Source of the DNA: a virus
IMG/VR virus record: IMGVR_UViG_3300012663_001306
Location: 1 to 64,000 of that record
Strand: one strand, 5' to 3'
DNA length: 64,000 nucleotides
This document shows, piece after piece, positions 27,380 through 36,720 of this stretch; the first letter of the stretch is position 1, and each line of letters starts with the position of its first letter. Below the pieces are notes generated by a model. The model did not search any database, was not told the origin of the DNA, and worked only from the letters and a program-made list of their open reading frames with translations. Made by a program: the position numbers and the translations under genes.

Positions 27380-27474
27380 AAAACTTTATTACATCAATCT
27401 ACGAAGGTCTAATCACTTGGGCCGAAGCCATTGCTGAGTATCGTAACAGCAATGCATCTAAACACTATTATTGA
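27376..27474 (+). CDS. Unannotated 32-aa peptide (MKNFITSIYEGLITWAEAIAEYRNSNASKHYY)
   Basis: ATGA-coupled to the upstream ORF; amphipathic helix. Confidence 0.5.
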   Translation: MKNFITSIYEGLITWAEAIAEYRNSNASKHYY

Positions 27475-27538
27475 TAGGTAGTTGCAAGGCTAGGTTTAAC
27501 AACTTAGTCACTGTGGCAAATTTAATGTCACATTTCTC

Positions 27539-27567
27539 TTGATAATTGTTATAAAGAGATATATAAT
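27539..27567 (+). promoter_or_regulatory. sigma70-type promoter TTGATA-N17-TATAAT
   Basis: Near consensus, upstream of 27629. Confidence 0.7.
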
Positions 27568-27628
27568 AGTATAACAGCGAAAAAGAAGTAGTTGTTATTA
27601 AGACACATATACACACAAGGAGAATAAT

Positions 27629-27922
27629 ATGTCTACACCAGAAGTAAAATTACCAGAAGTTAAATTTAATAAAAACGGTTACGAAATCCGTACAGATATC
27701 TTGGGCATGGCAAAAAGCCTAGTACAAGACGACTTCCATGCCAAATTCCAAGGATGGGAAATGACTGCTACTCGTGATGAGAAGACTGGTCAAATCGTTA
27801 ATACTGTTTCGATGCCCGAGTTTCCAGGACTTGATAAAGTTTTAGAAACTGCTGAAAAGATGTATGGCTTTGTTAATCAAGGTGTTAATACCATTAACAA
27901 GACTGTAGCAGTTAAAAAATAA
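27629..27922 (+). CDS. Phage hypothetical protein (NGYEIRTDILGMAK motif)
   Basis: AAGGAG SD, own promoter and terminator. Confidence 0.75.
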   Translation: MSTPEVKLPEVKFNKNGYEIRTDILGMAKSLVQDDFHAKFQGWEMTATRDEKTGQIVNTVSMPEFPGLDKVLETAEKMYGFVNQGVNTINKTVAVKK

Positions 27923-27956
27923 TATTATAATAATTATATAGGTGCATAGCACACTT

Positions 27957-27980
27957 AAAAGGGCCTTACTAGGCCCTTTT
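27957..27980. terminator. Bidirectional intrinsic terminator
   Basis: AAAAGGGCCT-tact-AGGCCCTTTT between convergent genes. Confidence 0.85.
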
Positions 27981-28392
27981 ATTTTGATTGAGGAATTATA
28001 ATGTTTGAAAAATATTCAGGGTGGGCTTTATTGAAGTGCCTCATTGCTATTCCAGCTAGCTCATGTGCTTCGTTTTCTTCTTCACTACCTGTTTCTCCGC
28101 TATACGGATTTAATCTATGTTCTGTGTCTTGTTTGAAATGAGCTAACTCATGTGCAAAAGTTCTTAAAATATCTAATGGGTGTCTATCTAAAATTGCAAG
28201 GTATACTGCTTTTTCATGGTCAACATATTTGCCAAATGTAGGCTGGTCTGAATCTGGAACTTTTGAAACTAATTTAATTTTTGGAAGTTTAGTAAGTTTA
28301 TATTCATTTATAATAAAAGGCAGAAAATTATCTAACACATCCATTAGATCATGTTCACCTTCTGTAGATTCAAATAATTGTCTTATTTTCAT
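27979..28392 (-). CDS. Zincin-like HExxH protein with MKIRQLFE N-terminus
   Basis: RTFAHELAHFKQ and a downstream E..A motif. Confidence 0.75.
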   Translation of the reverse strand: MKIRQLFESTEGEHDLMDVLDNFLPFIINEYKLTKLPKIKLVSKVPDSDQPTFGKYVDHEKAVYLAILDRHPLDILRTFAHELAHFKQDTEHRLNPYSGETGSEEENEAHELAGIAMRHFNKAHPEYFSNIIIPQSK

Positions 28393-28498
28393 ATTCTTAT
28401 TTATTGCCGCTTACTTTATACGGCAACCACTACGCGGGCCAGTGAAATTTCGCGGACGCCTATAACCGTGACGACTAACGTGCCCTAAGGTGGGTTCT

Positions 28499-28693
28499 TT
28501 AATGTTTCTTTGCTCTTCCTGATTTCATATTAGCCATCCAATGTGCTAACTGTCCTTTACGGCCGCCTTGCTTTGCAACTTTACGTAGTGTACTTACACT
28601 TGCTTTAGTCGGTACTCCGTGACGTTTGCTGTCGCCTTTGTCTTGCGGATTCTTACCATCAGCAAAGTTTTCTAATAATTCATTAATACGCAT
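28499..28693 (-). CDS. Small basic protein (MRINELLE N-terminus)
   Basis: TAATG coupling; start at 28693. Confidence 0.65.
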   Translation of the reverse strand: MRINELLENFADGKNPQDKGDSKRHGVPTKASVSTLRKVAKQGGRKGQLAHWMANMKSGRAKKH

Positions 28694-29484
28694 TAGCAAT
28701 TCCACTTTCTTAATGCCAGTGCTTTACGAGTGGGATCACCGTTGGGTTTCTTCATAGGGCCATCTACTCCCCCCATTCTAGCACAAAATGATTTGCGGCG
28801 TTTGGCATCTTTACTACCGGCTTTTAATTTGCTGGGTTTAGTAGTTACTGCTGTCTGTAGCTTACTACCCGGATTTTCACGACGGTAACTTGCTACGCCT
28901 TTAGCATTTAAGCCACCTTTTTTACTCTTACCTTCTTTACGTCTCCATGCGGCAGACTCGTCTAAATTATTTTTTAAGAAAGTATCAGCGAACTGCTTAC
29001 ATAAGTCTCGTATGCCTGCGTTATTAGTTTCTTGTAAAGTAAATGTTCTTTCATCATGTTCATCGTCATTTTGACTAGGATCCATATAACCGCAATAAAC
29101 TTTATGTATGATTGAATTATTAATTAAATTTGTACAGCTAGGACCATGTCTACCATCTGCTGTCACATCATGTAATTCACTGCACGGACTTAGAGTTGTT
29201 AGTATAATACTGCCCTCTGGAATATCTCCGTACTCTTTTTCGTAGGCTTCCATGGCAGCTCTTTCTGCGTGTATACGTTTGCCGTCCTCTGCAGGATAGT
29301 TACATCTAGATACTACATTGTTATCTGGATCAAGTACAGCAGCCGCAACCATGCCGTAGTGGTCGCTATCTTTCTTTTGACACTCAATTACTAACTTGCA
29401 TAGATCAACTAAAATAAGATCAAGTTTCTCTAAATTACGTATTTCGTAATCGGTGTCTGATTCGAATAAATCTCTGATTTTCAT
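28693..29484 (-). CDS. Zn-dependent deaminase domain (RibD/CDA-like) fused to a basic C-terminal module
   Basis: HAE, TLSPC...C, YCGYMDP; C-terminal SAAWRRKEG...SFCARM...KWNC module. Confidence 0.7.
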   Translation of the reverse strand: MKIRDLFESDTDYEIRNLEKLDLILVDLCKLVIECQKKDSDHYGMVAAAVLDPDNNVVSRCNYPAEDGKRIHAERAAMEAYEKEYGDIPEGSIILTTLSPCSELHDVTADGRHGPSCTNLINNSIIHKVYCGYMDPSQNDDEHDERTFTLQETNNAGIRDLCKQFADTFLKNNLDESAAWRRKEGKSKKGGLNAKGVASYRRENPGSKLQTAVTTKPSKLKAGSKDAKRRKSFCARMGGVDGPMKKPNGDPTRKALALRKWNC

Positions 29485-29500
29485 CAGGTATTTATTTAAT

Positions 29501-30169
29501 TTAGGGAACTAATTTTCTGTATATGTCGTAAATGGCTTCAGCTGTAGGGCCTAAATAATCGTCGTTTACGACCTTATAACCTATGTCTGTAATCCAAAAC
29601 ATACGAAGTTCTAATTCTGCGTGATCTTCAATTGCTAGTTCATGGGGATAAAATGTCATAGAATCTACAATAGGAATTTTAGGATATGCTACCAGCATTC
29701 CGCCCTCATTATTCCATATCCAACGATGATGCATTGTTCCCCTAAAAGGACCTTCACGTTTTTGCAATTCGTTATACTTACTGGGCATTGCTAAAAAGCC
29801 TTGCTCTGCAATTAAAGGTAACATTTCCAATGCTAACATAGGATTTGCTAGATCTTCTAATGTATGGGTGCAATTTGCAAATGTAAATTTTCCATGTTCG
29901 GCAACATAATCTAACAGAGGTTTCCAATCCTGATAACGATTCATATTACCTATAAATTGGTGAACACCCTCCATCTGAGACGGAAGGATATCAAACGTAT
30001 GTGTTAGATATGTACGATCAAAAGGATTATGACTTGCACCCACATCGATGAGAGTAAATTTATCACCCCGATCTTGTTTGAGATCTCCTACAGCTTGTAT
30101 AACTTCGGGTCGAAGATGCCACGGCCATTCTTGAGTTTCTCTTTGAGAAAGATAAATTTGCTGTGACAT
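29501..30169 (-). CDS. Class I SAM-dependent methyltransferase-like protein
   Basis: IDVGA motif I, CTHTLED. Confidence 0.65.
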   Translation of the reverse strand: MSQQIYLSQRETQEWPWHLRPEVIQAVGDLKQDRGDKFTLIDVGASHNPFDRTYLTHTFDILPSQMEGVHQFIGNMNRYQDWKPLLDYVAEHGKFTFANCTHTLEDLANPMLALEMLPLIAEQGFLAMPSKYNELQKREGPFRGTMHHRWIWNNEGGMLVAYPKIPIVDSMTFYPHELAIEDHAELELRMFWITDIGYKVVNDDYLGPTAEAIYDIYRKLVP

Positions 30170-33100
30170 TATTCTACCCTAAATGTCCACGAACCGTGAT
30201 GCCCACACAATATAGTTGTATCAGCCCAAATTTCTTTGCCTTGTGCTTTTGCCTTTAAGAAAAAGTACACATCTTCACTAATTGTGTGTTGATGATCTAA
30301 TGCGCTCTTATAAACAAAGTGAGGGTACTCAATTGATGTGAACACTTCTTTCTTAATCAATACACAACCAAATCCTGCACTGTCTACTTTAACAAGTCCT
30401 TGGCCTTTTAATTCTTCCCAAGGCACATGAGTCACACCACCCAAATGATTTGACTTCATAACTTCGATGCAATGCTTACCCGGAATACGTTGAATATATA
30501 AACCGGTAACCATATCTTTATTGTGGCTCAGTAGTTTCTTTAGAGTATCGGGAGGGAAGCTAATATCTGCATCAACTGCAAATAGATAGTCGTATGGACC
30601 TTTTACAATCCAGTCTGCAATAAGGTTGCGGACTTGCTCTACTTGATATCCATAAAAGTATTGGAATGTGCATTCGTATCCATCTGGAATTTCTAAATCA
30701 TATATACTCTTAAATGTTTCTGCTTCAATTAAATTCTTGTTAGGAATAGCAATTAAGATTTGCTTCTTAGGTGCTGCCGGAGGCAATGCCTCCATTACAC
30801 TTAGCTCAAGTTTACTTGGAGCGGTTTTCTTTCTGTCTGGAATTTGTGTTAATGGTTTCATATTATTTGATAAAATTTTACTCGCTGTTACGTTTTGTTC
30901 TTGTCCGTTGACTTTGTAATCGTTCAATGGATTAATGTCATTGTAATTATACACTATGTCCGAGTTGACAAAAATTCTGTCAGGGTCACATTGTTCTAAC
31001 GGATTATAGAATGTACTGTTATCGCCACCGGCTTTGTACCATTCACCTGCCTCATCCTGGAACATTGATTCGGGTAAGTCTTTGATTAACTTGGCTTTAT
31101 ATGTTCTTAAATGAGTATAAGGCATATTCCAATTAAATTTATAATTGCGGAAATCTCCCGACTCTTTAATCTCTGGAGGATACGGCTGGCTTATTAATGG
31201 AATATTATCAACCATGCTCCAACTTGACCCATAGACAAAATCTGCGTCTTGGTGCAGTTCATTATAGTATGTAAAGATGTCATTTCTATTAGATAAGCTA
31301 TCATCGCCATCTAACAACATAATGATATCATCATCTGCTAGGTCTAATGCTTTAATAGTCGTAATTTGATTGGCTACAGCACTACCGTTACGTTTATCAG
31401 TTTTACCTAATCTAAACTTTTCCCTAATTTCATCAGGAAGTGCTTCGAGGGCGGCTTTGGCTACAGCATAAGAATCGTCAGTAGAACAATCGTCTACAAG
31501 ATAGTGTATGTAGTTGTCGTAGTCTTGTACTGCAACACTTTCAATGCATCGAGCAATGTAATCCTGTGCATTCCAGAACGGGCTAATAATTACAATTTTA
31601 TTTTCTGGACTAATCTTAGGACATACCCAAAGTTCTGAACCAGTGCTCCTGCGACCAAATACTTTGTTGTATTTGGTTGTATAGTAGTTTGCAAGTTGGT
31701 ATTCGCCACGTTGCACATATAAACCTAGTTTGTTGTACAAATGTTGCTTCCACTGTAATGCAGTAACATCCCATCCAACTAGGTCTTTAATATCATCAAG
31801 AGCTAATTGGCGGCGGCGTAGGTCTTTAGTATTTCGATGTGCATCCACAACCATCTTAACAAAATCGTTAGCCTGTTTGGCAGGATCAATATGCGGATAT
31901 AAACCGTTAGGAACAATAGCATAATCAATCATGTGGCTAAATTCTGTAGCAGTTTCTTCAAGAGCACCGAAGCGACATGTTAATAGTGGAGTATTAGCAT
32001 ACAGACTTTCTAATGCACTAATGCCATATGTTTCCGGTAGTTCTGCAGGATATAAGAAATAAGTCGACTCTGCAGAAATTTCAGCAACCTGCTTTTGGCT
32101 AATAACTCCAGTGAATTCAATACTAGGGTCATTGATAGCATCACCTACAAGTTCTCTAAAGTTGCGTTCTTGGTCATGTTCCTCGTTGAAGGCGGCACCA
32201 AGTTTATAGTAGCCTCCAATAACTTTTAGCTTGGCTTTTGGAATTTGCTGTTTAACTCTAGGCCAAATTACATGTAGTAAAGTACGCAGTCCTTTGCTCA
32301 TGTTGGCGTTAAAGAAAAATAGATTTGGATCTTTCTTATCTAAGTCAACGCTGTCAAAGTACTTGCGGATACCATTGCGTGTAATCCACATATGGTCACG
32401 GAGTACCTCATAGTTACGTGGTTTGCCGTGATTACAATTCATTACATACATTGTATGGAAATCGCTTAGACACCAAATCTCATCTACAGCACCTGTGGTA
32501 ACTAAGTCTTCAATAGTATCATCACCCCAGCTGAATGTGTCGTGCATCCAAAAGACTTTGAACTTGGCATTTTCGCGTAGGCGTTTGAACATCTGATATG
32601 GATACTGTCGTGCCGTGTTAATTTGTAAGCTGTAGAACTCCTCGGTTACAAACGGCATAATTGTTCTAGAAGAAACAACTACATCAAAATTGCAAGGATC
32701 AGATTCTATATCACTGATAGGTCTATAAGACACTCCGTCATATATACCTGGTGTGCTGTCGTCTTCATTGCATCCGTTGAATACTGTTACATTAAAGCCA
32801 ATTTTTTGTAATTCTTTAGCAACTAGAATAACAGCACTTTCACTACCACCAAGACCTCGACGATCCAATGTTCCGCCGTCATAGCTCATTCCAGGAATAT
32901 CAACAATAGCAAGTGTGACCTTATTTTTGTCTGGATATACTTTTGTAGTGACTTGAGGAATAATAACTTCCTCAGCATTCATAATTCGACGACCAAATAC
33001 TTTATGTACTCGATAGTTAATCCAATCAACGCGATCTTTTTCTTCTTTAGATAATTCAAGACCTAGCTTGTGATAGAAGTGTTGTTTCCATTGTACCGCA

Positions 33101-34266
33101 ACAGTATCCCAAGTACTTACATCTTTAACTGCATTGCAAGCATATTGCTTTTGTTGATGTAGATATGGATTGTGTACTGCACGAAGCACCATATTAATAA
33201 ACTTGTCAAACTGTTTATTAGCATCAATAGCAGGGAATAGACCATTTGGAATAATCGCATAGTCAATCATGTAACTGGCTGCTTCAGTGGCAGTTTCTTC
33301 CATGGCACCAAACTTTGTACCAAACACCGGAGTGTTATAGTTAATAGATTCTAATGTAGCAATTCCGCTGGTCTCAGGAAACGCACCGGGATAAATCATA
33401 TAAGATGATTTTGCCACAATTTCTGCAATTTGAGGTTGCGGAATAATTCCAGTAAACTCTACGCTAGGATCATTCTCATACATCTTCTGTAGACGCATAA
33501 CAGTCTGACCAGCTTCGTTTAACGGTTCGTTTGGAAACTGATAGTAGCCGCCGATGATTTTTAATCTTGCTTCGGGTAATTGTTGTTTTAATCTGGGCCA
33601 AATGTTCTCAAGTAGGGGAACCATACCCTTAGTTACTGATGCATTATAAACGAACTGATTTGGGTCTTTTTGTTTAATATCGACCCAAGGAATCCATCGA
33701 TTCATTGCATTTCTAGTCTGAAATATCTTATTTTTAAGTACTTCTACGTTTCTGCGGGGACCGTGTACGCTATGCGTAGTATAGGCAGTATGCCAGTCGC
33801 TTAATGTGAAGAGTTCGTCTATGTAGCCTTTAACTACTAGCTCTTCGAGGAGGTGATCGCCCCAGCAGAATGAATCCTGTAACCAAAGAATTTTTAGTTG
33901 TCCAGGTCGTTGTACTTGTCTAAATGTGTCAACAGAATGATCGCGTGGTGGCGGTTGCATGACCTGAGGATACAAATGAGGAGGAGTAAACGGTACAACA
34001 GTACGTTGGCTAATAACAATGTCAAAGTTAAATTCACGTTCTTTCAACCGACGAATTTCACAATACTCAACACCGTCATAAATGCCTTCACTGGCGCCTT
34101 CTTTGTTGTTGTCATTAAAAATAGTAACAGAAAAATTTAGTTTTGCTAATTCTCTAGCCACACTAATAATACTACTTTCACTTCCGCCTATACCCTTTTT
34201 GTATAACGTTGTGCCATCGTAGGGTAAACCGATAACATCAATAATTGCAATTTTGAGTGTCTTCAT
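30169..34266 (-). CDS. Multidomain glycosyltransferase (two GT-B/GT4-like plus two GT-A/GT2-like domains)
   Basis: Duplicated GGSES...ET.GI..LES units; VDDCSTD/LDGDD; VDADI, GFGCVLI, SEDVYF. Confidence 0.85.
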   Translation of the reverse strand: MKTLKIAIIDVIGLPYDGTTLYKKGIGGSESSIISVARELAKLNFSVTIFNDNNKEGASEGIYDGVEYCEIRRLKEREFNFDIVISQRTVVPFTPPHLYPQVMQPPPRDHSVDTFRQVQRPGQLKILWLQDSFCWGDHLLEELVVKGYIDELFTLSDWHTAYTTHSVHGPRRNVEVLKNKIFQTRNAMNRWIPWVDIKQKDPNQFVYNASVTKGMVPLLENIWPRLKQQLPEARLKIIGGYYQFPNEPLNEAGQTVMRLQKMYENDPSVEFTGIIPQPQIAEIVAKSSYMIYPGAFPETSGIATLESINYNTPVFGTKFGAMEETATEAASYMIDYAIIPNGLFPAIDANKQFDKFINMVLRAVHNPYLHQQKQYACNAVKDVSTWDTVAVQWKQHFYHKLGLELSKEEKDRVDWINYRVHKVFGRRIMNAEEVIIPQVTTKVYPDKNKVTLAIVDIPGMSYDGGTLDRRGLGGSESAVILVAKELQKIGFNVTVFNGCNEDDSTPGIYDGVSYRPISDIESDPCNFDVVVSSRTIMPFVTEEFYSLQINTARQYPYQMFKRLRENAKFKVFWMHDTFSWGDDTIEDLVTTGAVDEIWCLSDFHTMYVMNCNHGKPRNYEVLRDHMWITRNGIRKYFDSVDLDKKDPNLFFFNANMSKGLRTLLHVIWPRVKQQIPKAKLKVIGGYYKLGAAFNEEHDQERNFRELVGDAINDPSIEFTGVISQKQVAEISAESTYFLYPAELPETYGISALESLYANTPLLTCRFGALEETATEFSHMIDYAIVPNGLYPHIDPAKQANDFVKMVVDAHRNTKDLRRRQLALDDIKDLVGWDVTALQWKQHLYNKLGLYVQRGEYQLANYYTTKYNKVFGRRSTGSELWVCPKISPENKIVIISPFWNAQDYIARCIESVAVQDYDNYIHYLVDDCSTDDSYAVAKAALEALPDEIREKFRLGKTDKRNGSAVANQITTIKALDLADDDIIMLLDGDDSLSNRNDIFTYYNELHQDADFVYGSSWSMVDNIPLISQPYPPEIKESGDFRNYKFNWNMPYTHLRTYKAKLIKDLPESMFQDEAGEWYKAGGDNSTFYNPLEQCDPDRIFVNSDIVYNYNDINPLNDYKVNGQEQNVTASKILSNNMKPLTQIPDRKKTAPSKLELSVMEALPPAAPKKQILIAIPNKNLIEAETFKSIYDLEIPDGYECTFQYFYGYQVEQVRNLIADWIVKGPYDYLFAVDADISFPPDTLKKLLSHNKDMVTGLYIQRIPGKHCIEVMKSNHLGGVTHVPWEELKGQGLVKVDSAGFGCVLIKKEVFTSIEYPHFVYKSALDHQHTISEDVYFFLKAKAQGKEIWADTTILCGHHGSWTFRVE

Positions 34267-34301
34267 ATAATGTATTTAAGTACGTATATAATAGCACATA
34301 C

Positions 34302-34326
34302 AAAAAAAGGAGTCAACGACTCCTTT
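34302..34326 (-). terminator. Intrinsic terminator whose hairpin contains the -35 (TTGACT-N17-TATTAT) of the next promoter
   Basis: AAAGGAGTC-N3-GACTCC followed by T7 on the minus strand. Confidence 0.75.
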
Positions 34327-34343
34327 GATTTTGGTAAAATATG

Positions 34344-34778
34344 TTAGTTACACCAGCTTTGTTTAGCATCACCATAATATTCGCGGGCAAATCCGTTAGC
34401 AATTAACTGTGCTCGTAGACTCTGTCCGTTTAGAATGATGTCGCCCAATACACGACCACCGAATTTATCCCAACCGTATAGGATGACTTGTCGCTGTTGG
34501 CTGGCGTTAATGAGACCTTTAGTGAAAACGCTAGCGGCTTCACCACGTTGCTTTTCGCTGTCGCATTGACCTCTAAATCCTTTTTCCGGAGTATCGACGC
34601 CGTAGACTCGTACTGCAAGTTCGGGCTTAAGGGGTGCAGGTAGAAAGGGGGCGGCGATCACAACTGTGTCGCCATCACTCACTCTTAAAATTTGTGCGTC
34701 ATACATAACGCCCTGTGGTGTTTTTTGTGCGAATGCCAATGCTGGTAGCAGGGCTAATAATAATAGAATTTTTTTCAT
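34344..34778 (-). CDS. Staphylococcal nuclease (SNase) family protein with signal peptide
   Basis: DGDT, VRVYGVDTPE, DKFGGRVLG; N-terminal signal sequence. Confidence 0.88.
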   Translation of the reverse strand: MKKILLLLALLPALAFAQKTPQGVMYDAQILRVSDGDTVVIAAPFLPAPLKPELAVRVYGVDTPEKGFRGQCDSEKQRGEAASVFTKGLINASQQRQVILYGWDKFGGRVLGDIILNGQSLRAQLIANGFAREYYGDAKQSWCN

Positions 34779-34802
34779 TGTGAACCTTGTGTTAAGTATG
34801 TA

Positions 34803-34810
34803 TATTTATA
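34803..34810 (-). promoter_or_regulatory. T4-type late promoter TATAAATA (representative of about 18 TAAATA motifs in gene-start regions)
   Basis: Exact T4 late consensus; TAAATA recurs before many gene starts. Confidence 0.7.
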
Positions 34811-34814
34811 ATGG

Positions 34815-36026
34815 TTATGTTAATTCTTTAACTGTAAAAGCAAACCAAACATCCAGTTTAGTACTGTTATCCACACGGCGCATACACAGGGTTAACATAT
34901 TAGGACTGCCTCCACCGTGTAGATTTGCCGGGCCTTCGTCGCCTGATGTATTTTTACCAATAATGATACCACTGTGCCTCTGGTATGTGCCTGCAGGAAC
35001 TGTGAAAGTGTTGCCTTGATTGCTTGAATATTTGTCTTGGTACACACGATACTGACTGTGTTGACCAAATGTGGTCCACGCAGGTATTGCGGCTCCGCTG
35101 ATAGTTAGTGGGCCTTCGTACCATTCGTATACAATGGTACTTTGGTTGGCATTGTTGTTACCAATTTCATATTCTAAAATCTTGATTATGTCTGCGGCAC
35201 TGGCGCTGCCGTTTTGAAAACTGACCACAGGACGCATCGTATCGTCCATAGTCCAACCACGATGGGTATTAGTAGCATGATTGTTGAAAGCATACAATTC
35301 GCCTGGATCTTCTTCCGCAATAACGGTGATGATATCCGTAATAGTGGCAGTGACATTGCCAGTAACTGGTATAGGATTGCCTGAATCGTTCTTAATCTCT
35401 ACTTCTGGCATGGTGCCGATGTTTACTGTGCCAGTTATGGTCCACGGATTTGTACCTTGATAAACTGTACTTGTAGTTGGAAAATTAGTTACGGCGAAAC
35501 TAGTATTGCTGACGGTAACTGTATTGCTTACAAATACAGTTGATGTAAAATTGCTTACTACTACTGTGCCTGTTACTGCTGGTAAACTGCTTACTACCAT
35601 TGTTCCGCTGACGGCAGGCATAGAAGCAATGTTTACCGTTGAAGTAAAATTGTCAACAGTTACATTACCGGTAACACCTACACTCCATGTACCGCTTTGA
35701 ACAGCATACAGTGTACCATTTACATATTGTAGTGCTGGCCAGTTTGTTACTGTGGTGTTTGTGATCCAAGGTAATGTACCTTGATATACTGTACTAGTTG
35801 TTAATTCATTAGTTAAAAATACAGGTACTGGATTTGTTGTAGAATTATTAACACGAACGTTGTCAATTAAATTAACTTCACCGTTGATTGTTAATGTATC
35901 AGTACCTAAAGACACACGTAGATGAGGCAAGTCATCTATGTACTCCATGGCCTTATGGATGTTTAATAGATTAGGATCAGTAGGATGGACATACCCCGTG
36001 GTCGGTTGTCTAATATCAGCTACCAT
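34815..36026 (-). CDS. Thr/Val-rich repetitive virion-like protein
   Basis: Repeated TSTVYQGT.PW and V.NFTSTV beta-type units. Confidence 0.6.
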   Translation of the reverse strand: MVADIRQPTTGYVHPTDPNLLNIHKAMEYIDDLPHLRVSLGTDTLTINGEVNLIDNVRVNNSTTNPVPVFLTNELTTSTVYQGTLPWITNTTVTNWPALQYVNGTLYAVQSGTWSVGVTGNVTVDNFTSTVNIASMPAVSGTMVVSSLPAVTGTVVVSNFTSTVFVSNTVTVSNTSFAVTNFPTTSTVYQGTNPWTITGTVNIGTMPEVEIKNDSGNPIPVTGNVTATITDIITVIAEEDPGELYAFNNHATNTHRGWTMDDTMRPVVSFQNGSASAADIIKILEYEIGNNNANQSTIVYEWYEGPLTISGAAIPAWTTFGQHSQYRVYQDKYSSNQGNTFTVPAGTYQRHSGIIIGKNTSGDEGPANLHGGGSPNMLTLCMRRVDNSTKLDVWFAFTVKELT

Positions 36027-36036
36027 ATATTACTGA

Positions 36037-36333
36037 TTAATCTAGATCTAAAATACTAATTGCGCTTGCGGCTGCTGACACAGCGGCAACTTTGTCACCT
36101 GACTTAAAATTAAAAATCATTTGGCTGCTTGCGGGAATTTGAAATCCAACATTAACACCAGTTACTGGATTTGAACCAAATGCAACAAACGTAGGGCTTG
36201 CTCCAGTAGTGATTAATACTCGTCTAGCGGTAATCGATGTACTTGTTGTTACGGTGCCTGCACCCAACGCCACTGTTGTATATTTGTTGGTACCTGTAGT
36301 TGCAAGGGTTGTTATTGTGTAATACTGACTCAT
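36037..36333 (-). CDS. Small beta-rich hypothetical protein
   Basis: AAGGA SD, ATGA coupling. Confidence 0.6.
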   Translation of the reverse strand: MSQYYTITTLATTGTNKYTTVALGAGTVTTSTSITARRVLITTGASPTFVAFGSNPVTGVNVGFQIPASSQMIFNFKSGDKVAAVSAAASAISILDLD

Positions 36334-36659
36334 TGTATTTGTCCTTTGTTCTGTGCTGAGAAGGTTGGATACATTGCGACACTGTTAGCTCTGATATCCG
36401 CGGGATTTTTAGGACCATTAAGTCCGCCACCCGCATGTACTGTGACGCTGTCAACGCTGGCCACTACTTCTGCAGGGCTATTACTGTACATTTGATGCTG
36501 ATGCGTCAACAAGTCAACTATCTGCTTAAATCTATTTTGATCTACTCCAGTAGCAACTGTTGCGTTGGCAGAAGCCGGATGAATATCAGCTTCTGGTGGG
36601 ATACCGTCGATTTTTTCAATCAAATCTAAAACTCCCCGTATTACTTCAACAGCTCGCAT
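36330..36659 (-). CDS. Hypothetical protein
   Basis: ORF behind a TAAATA motif. Confidence 0.6.
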   Translation of the reverse strand: MRAVEVIRGVLDLIEKIDGIPPEADIHPASANATVATGVDQNRFKQIVDLLTHQHQMYSNSPAEVVASVDSVTVHAGGGLNGPKNPADIRANSVAMYPTFSAQNKGQIQ

Positions 36660-36720
36660 ATTGTAATTTCCTAGTTATAGAGATATTTATGCGTTATTTG
36701 AGATATAAGCAAGGGCAATA

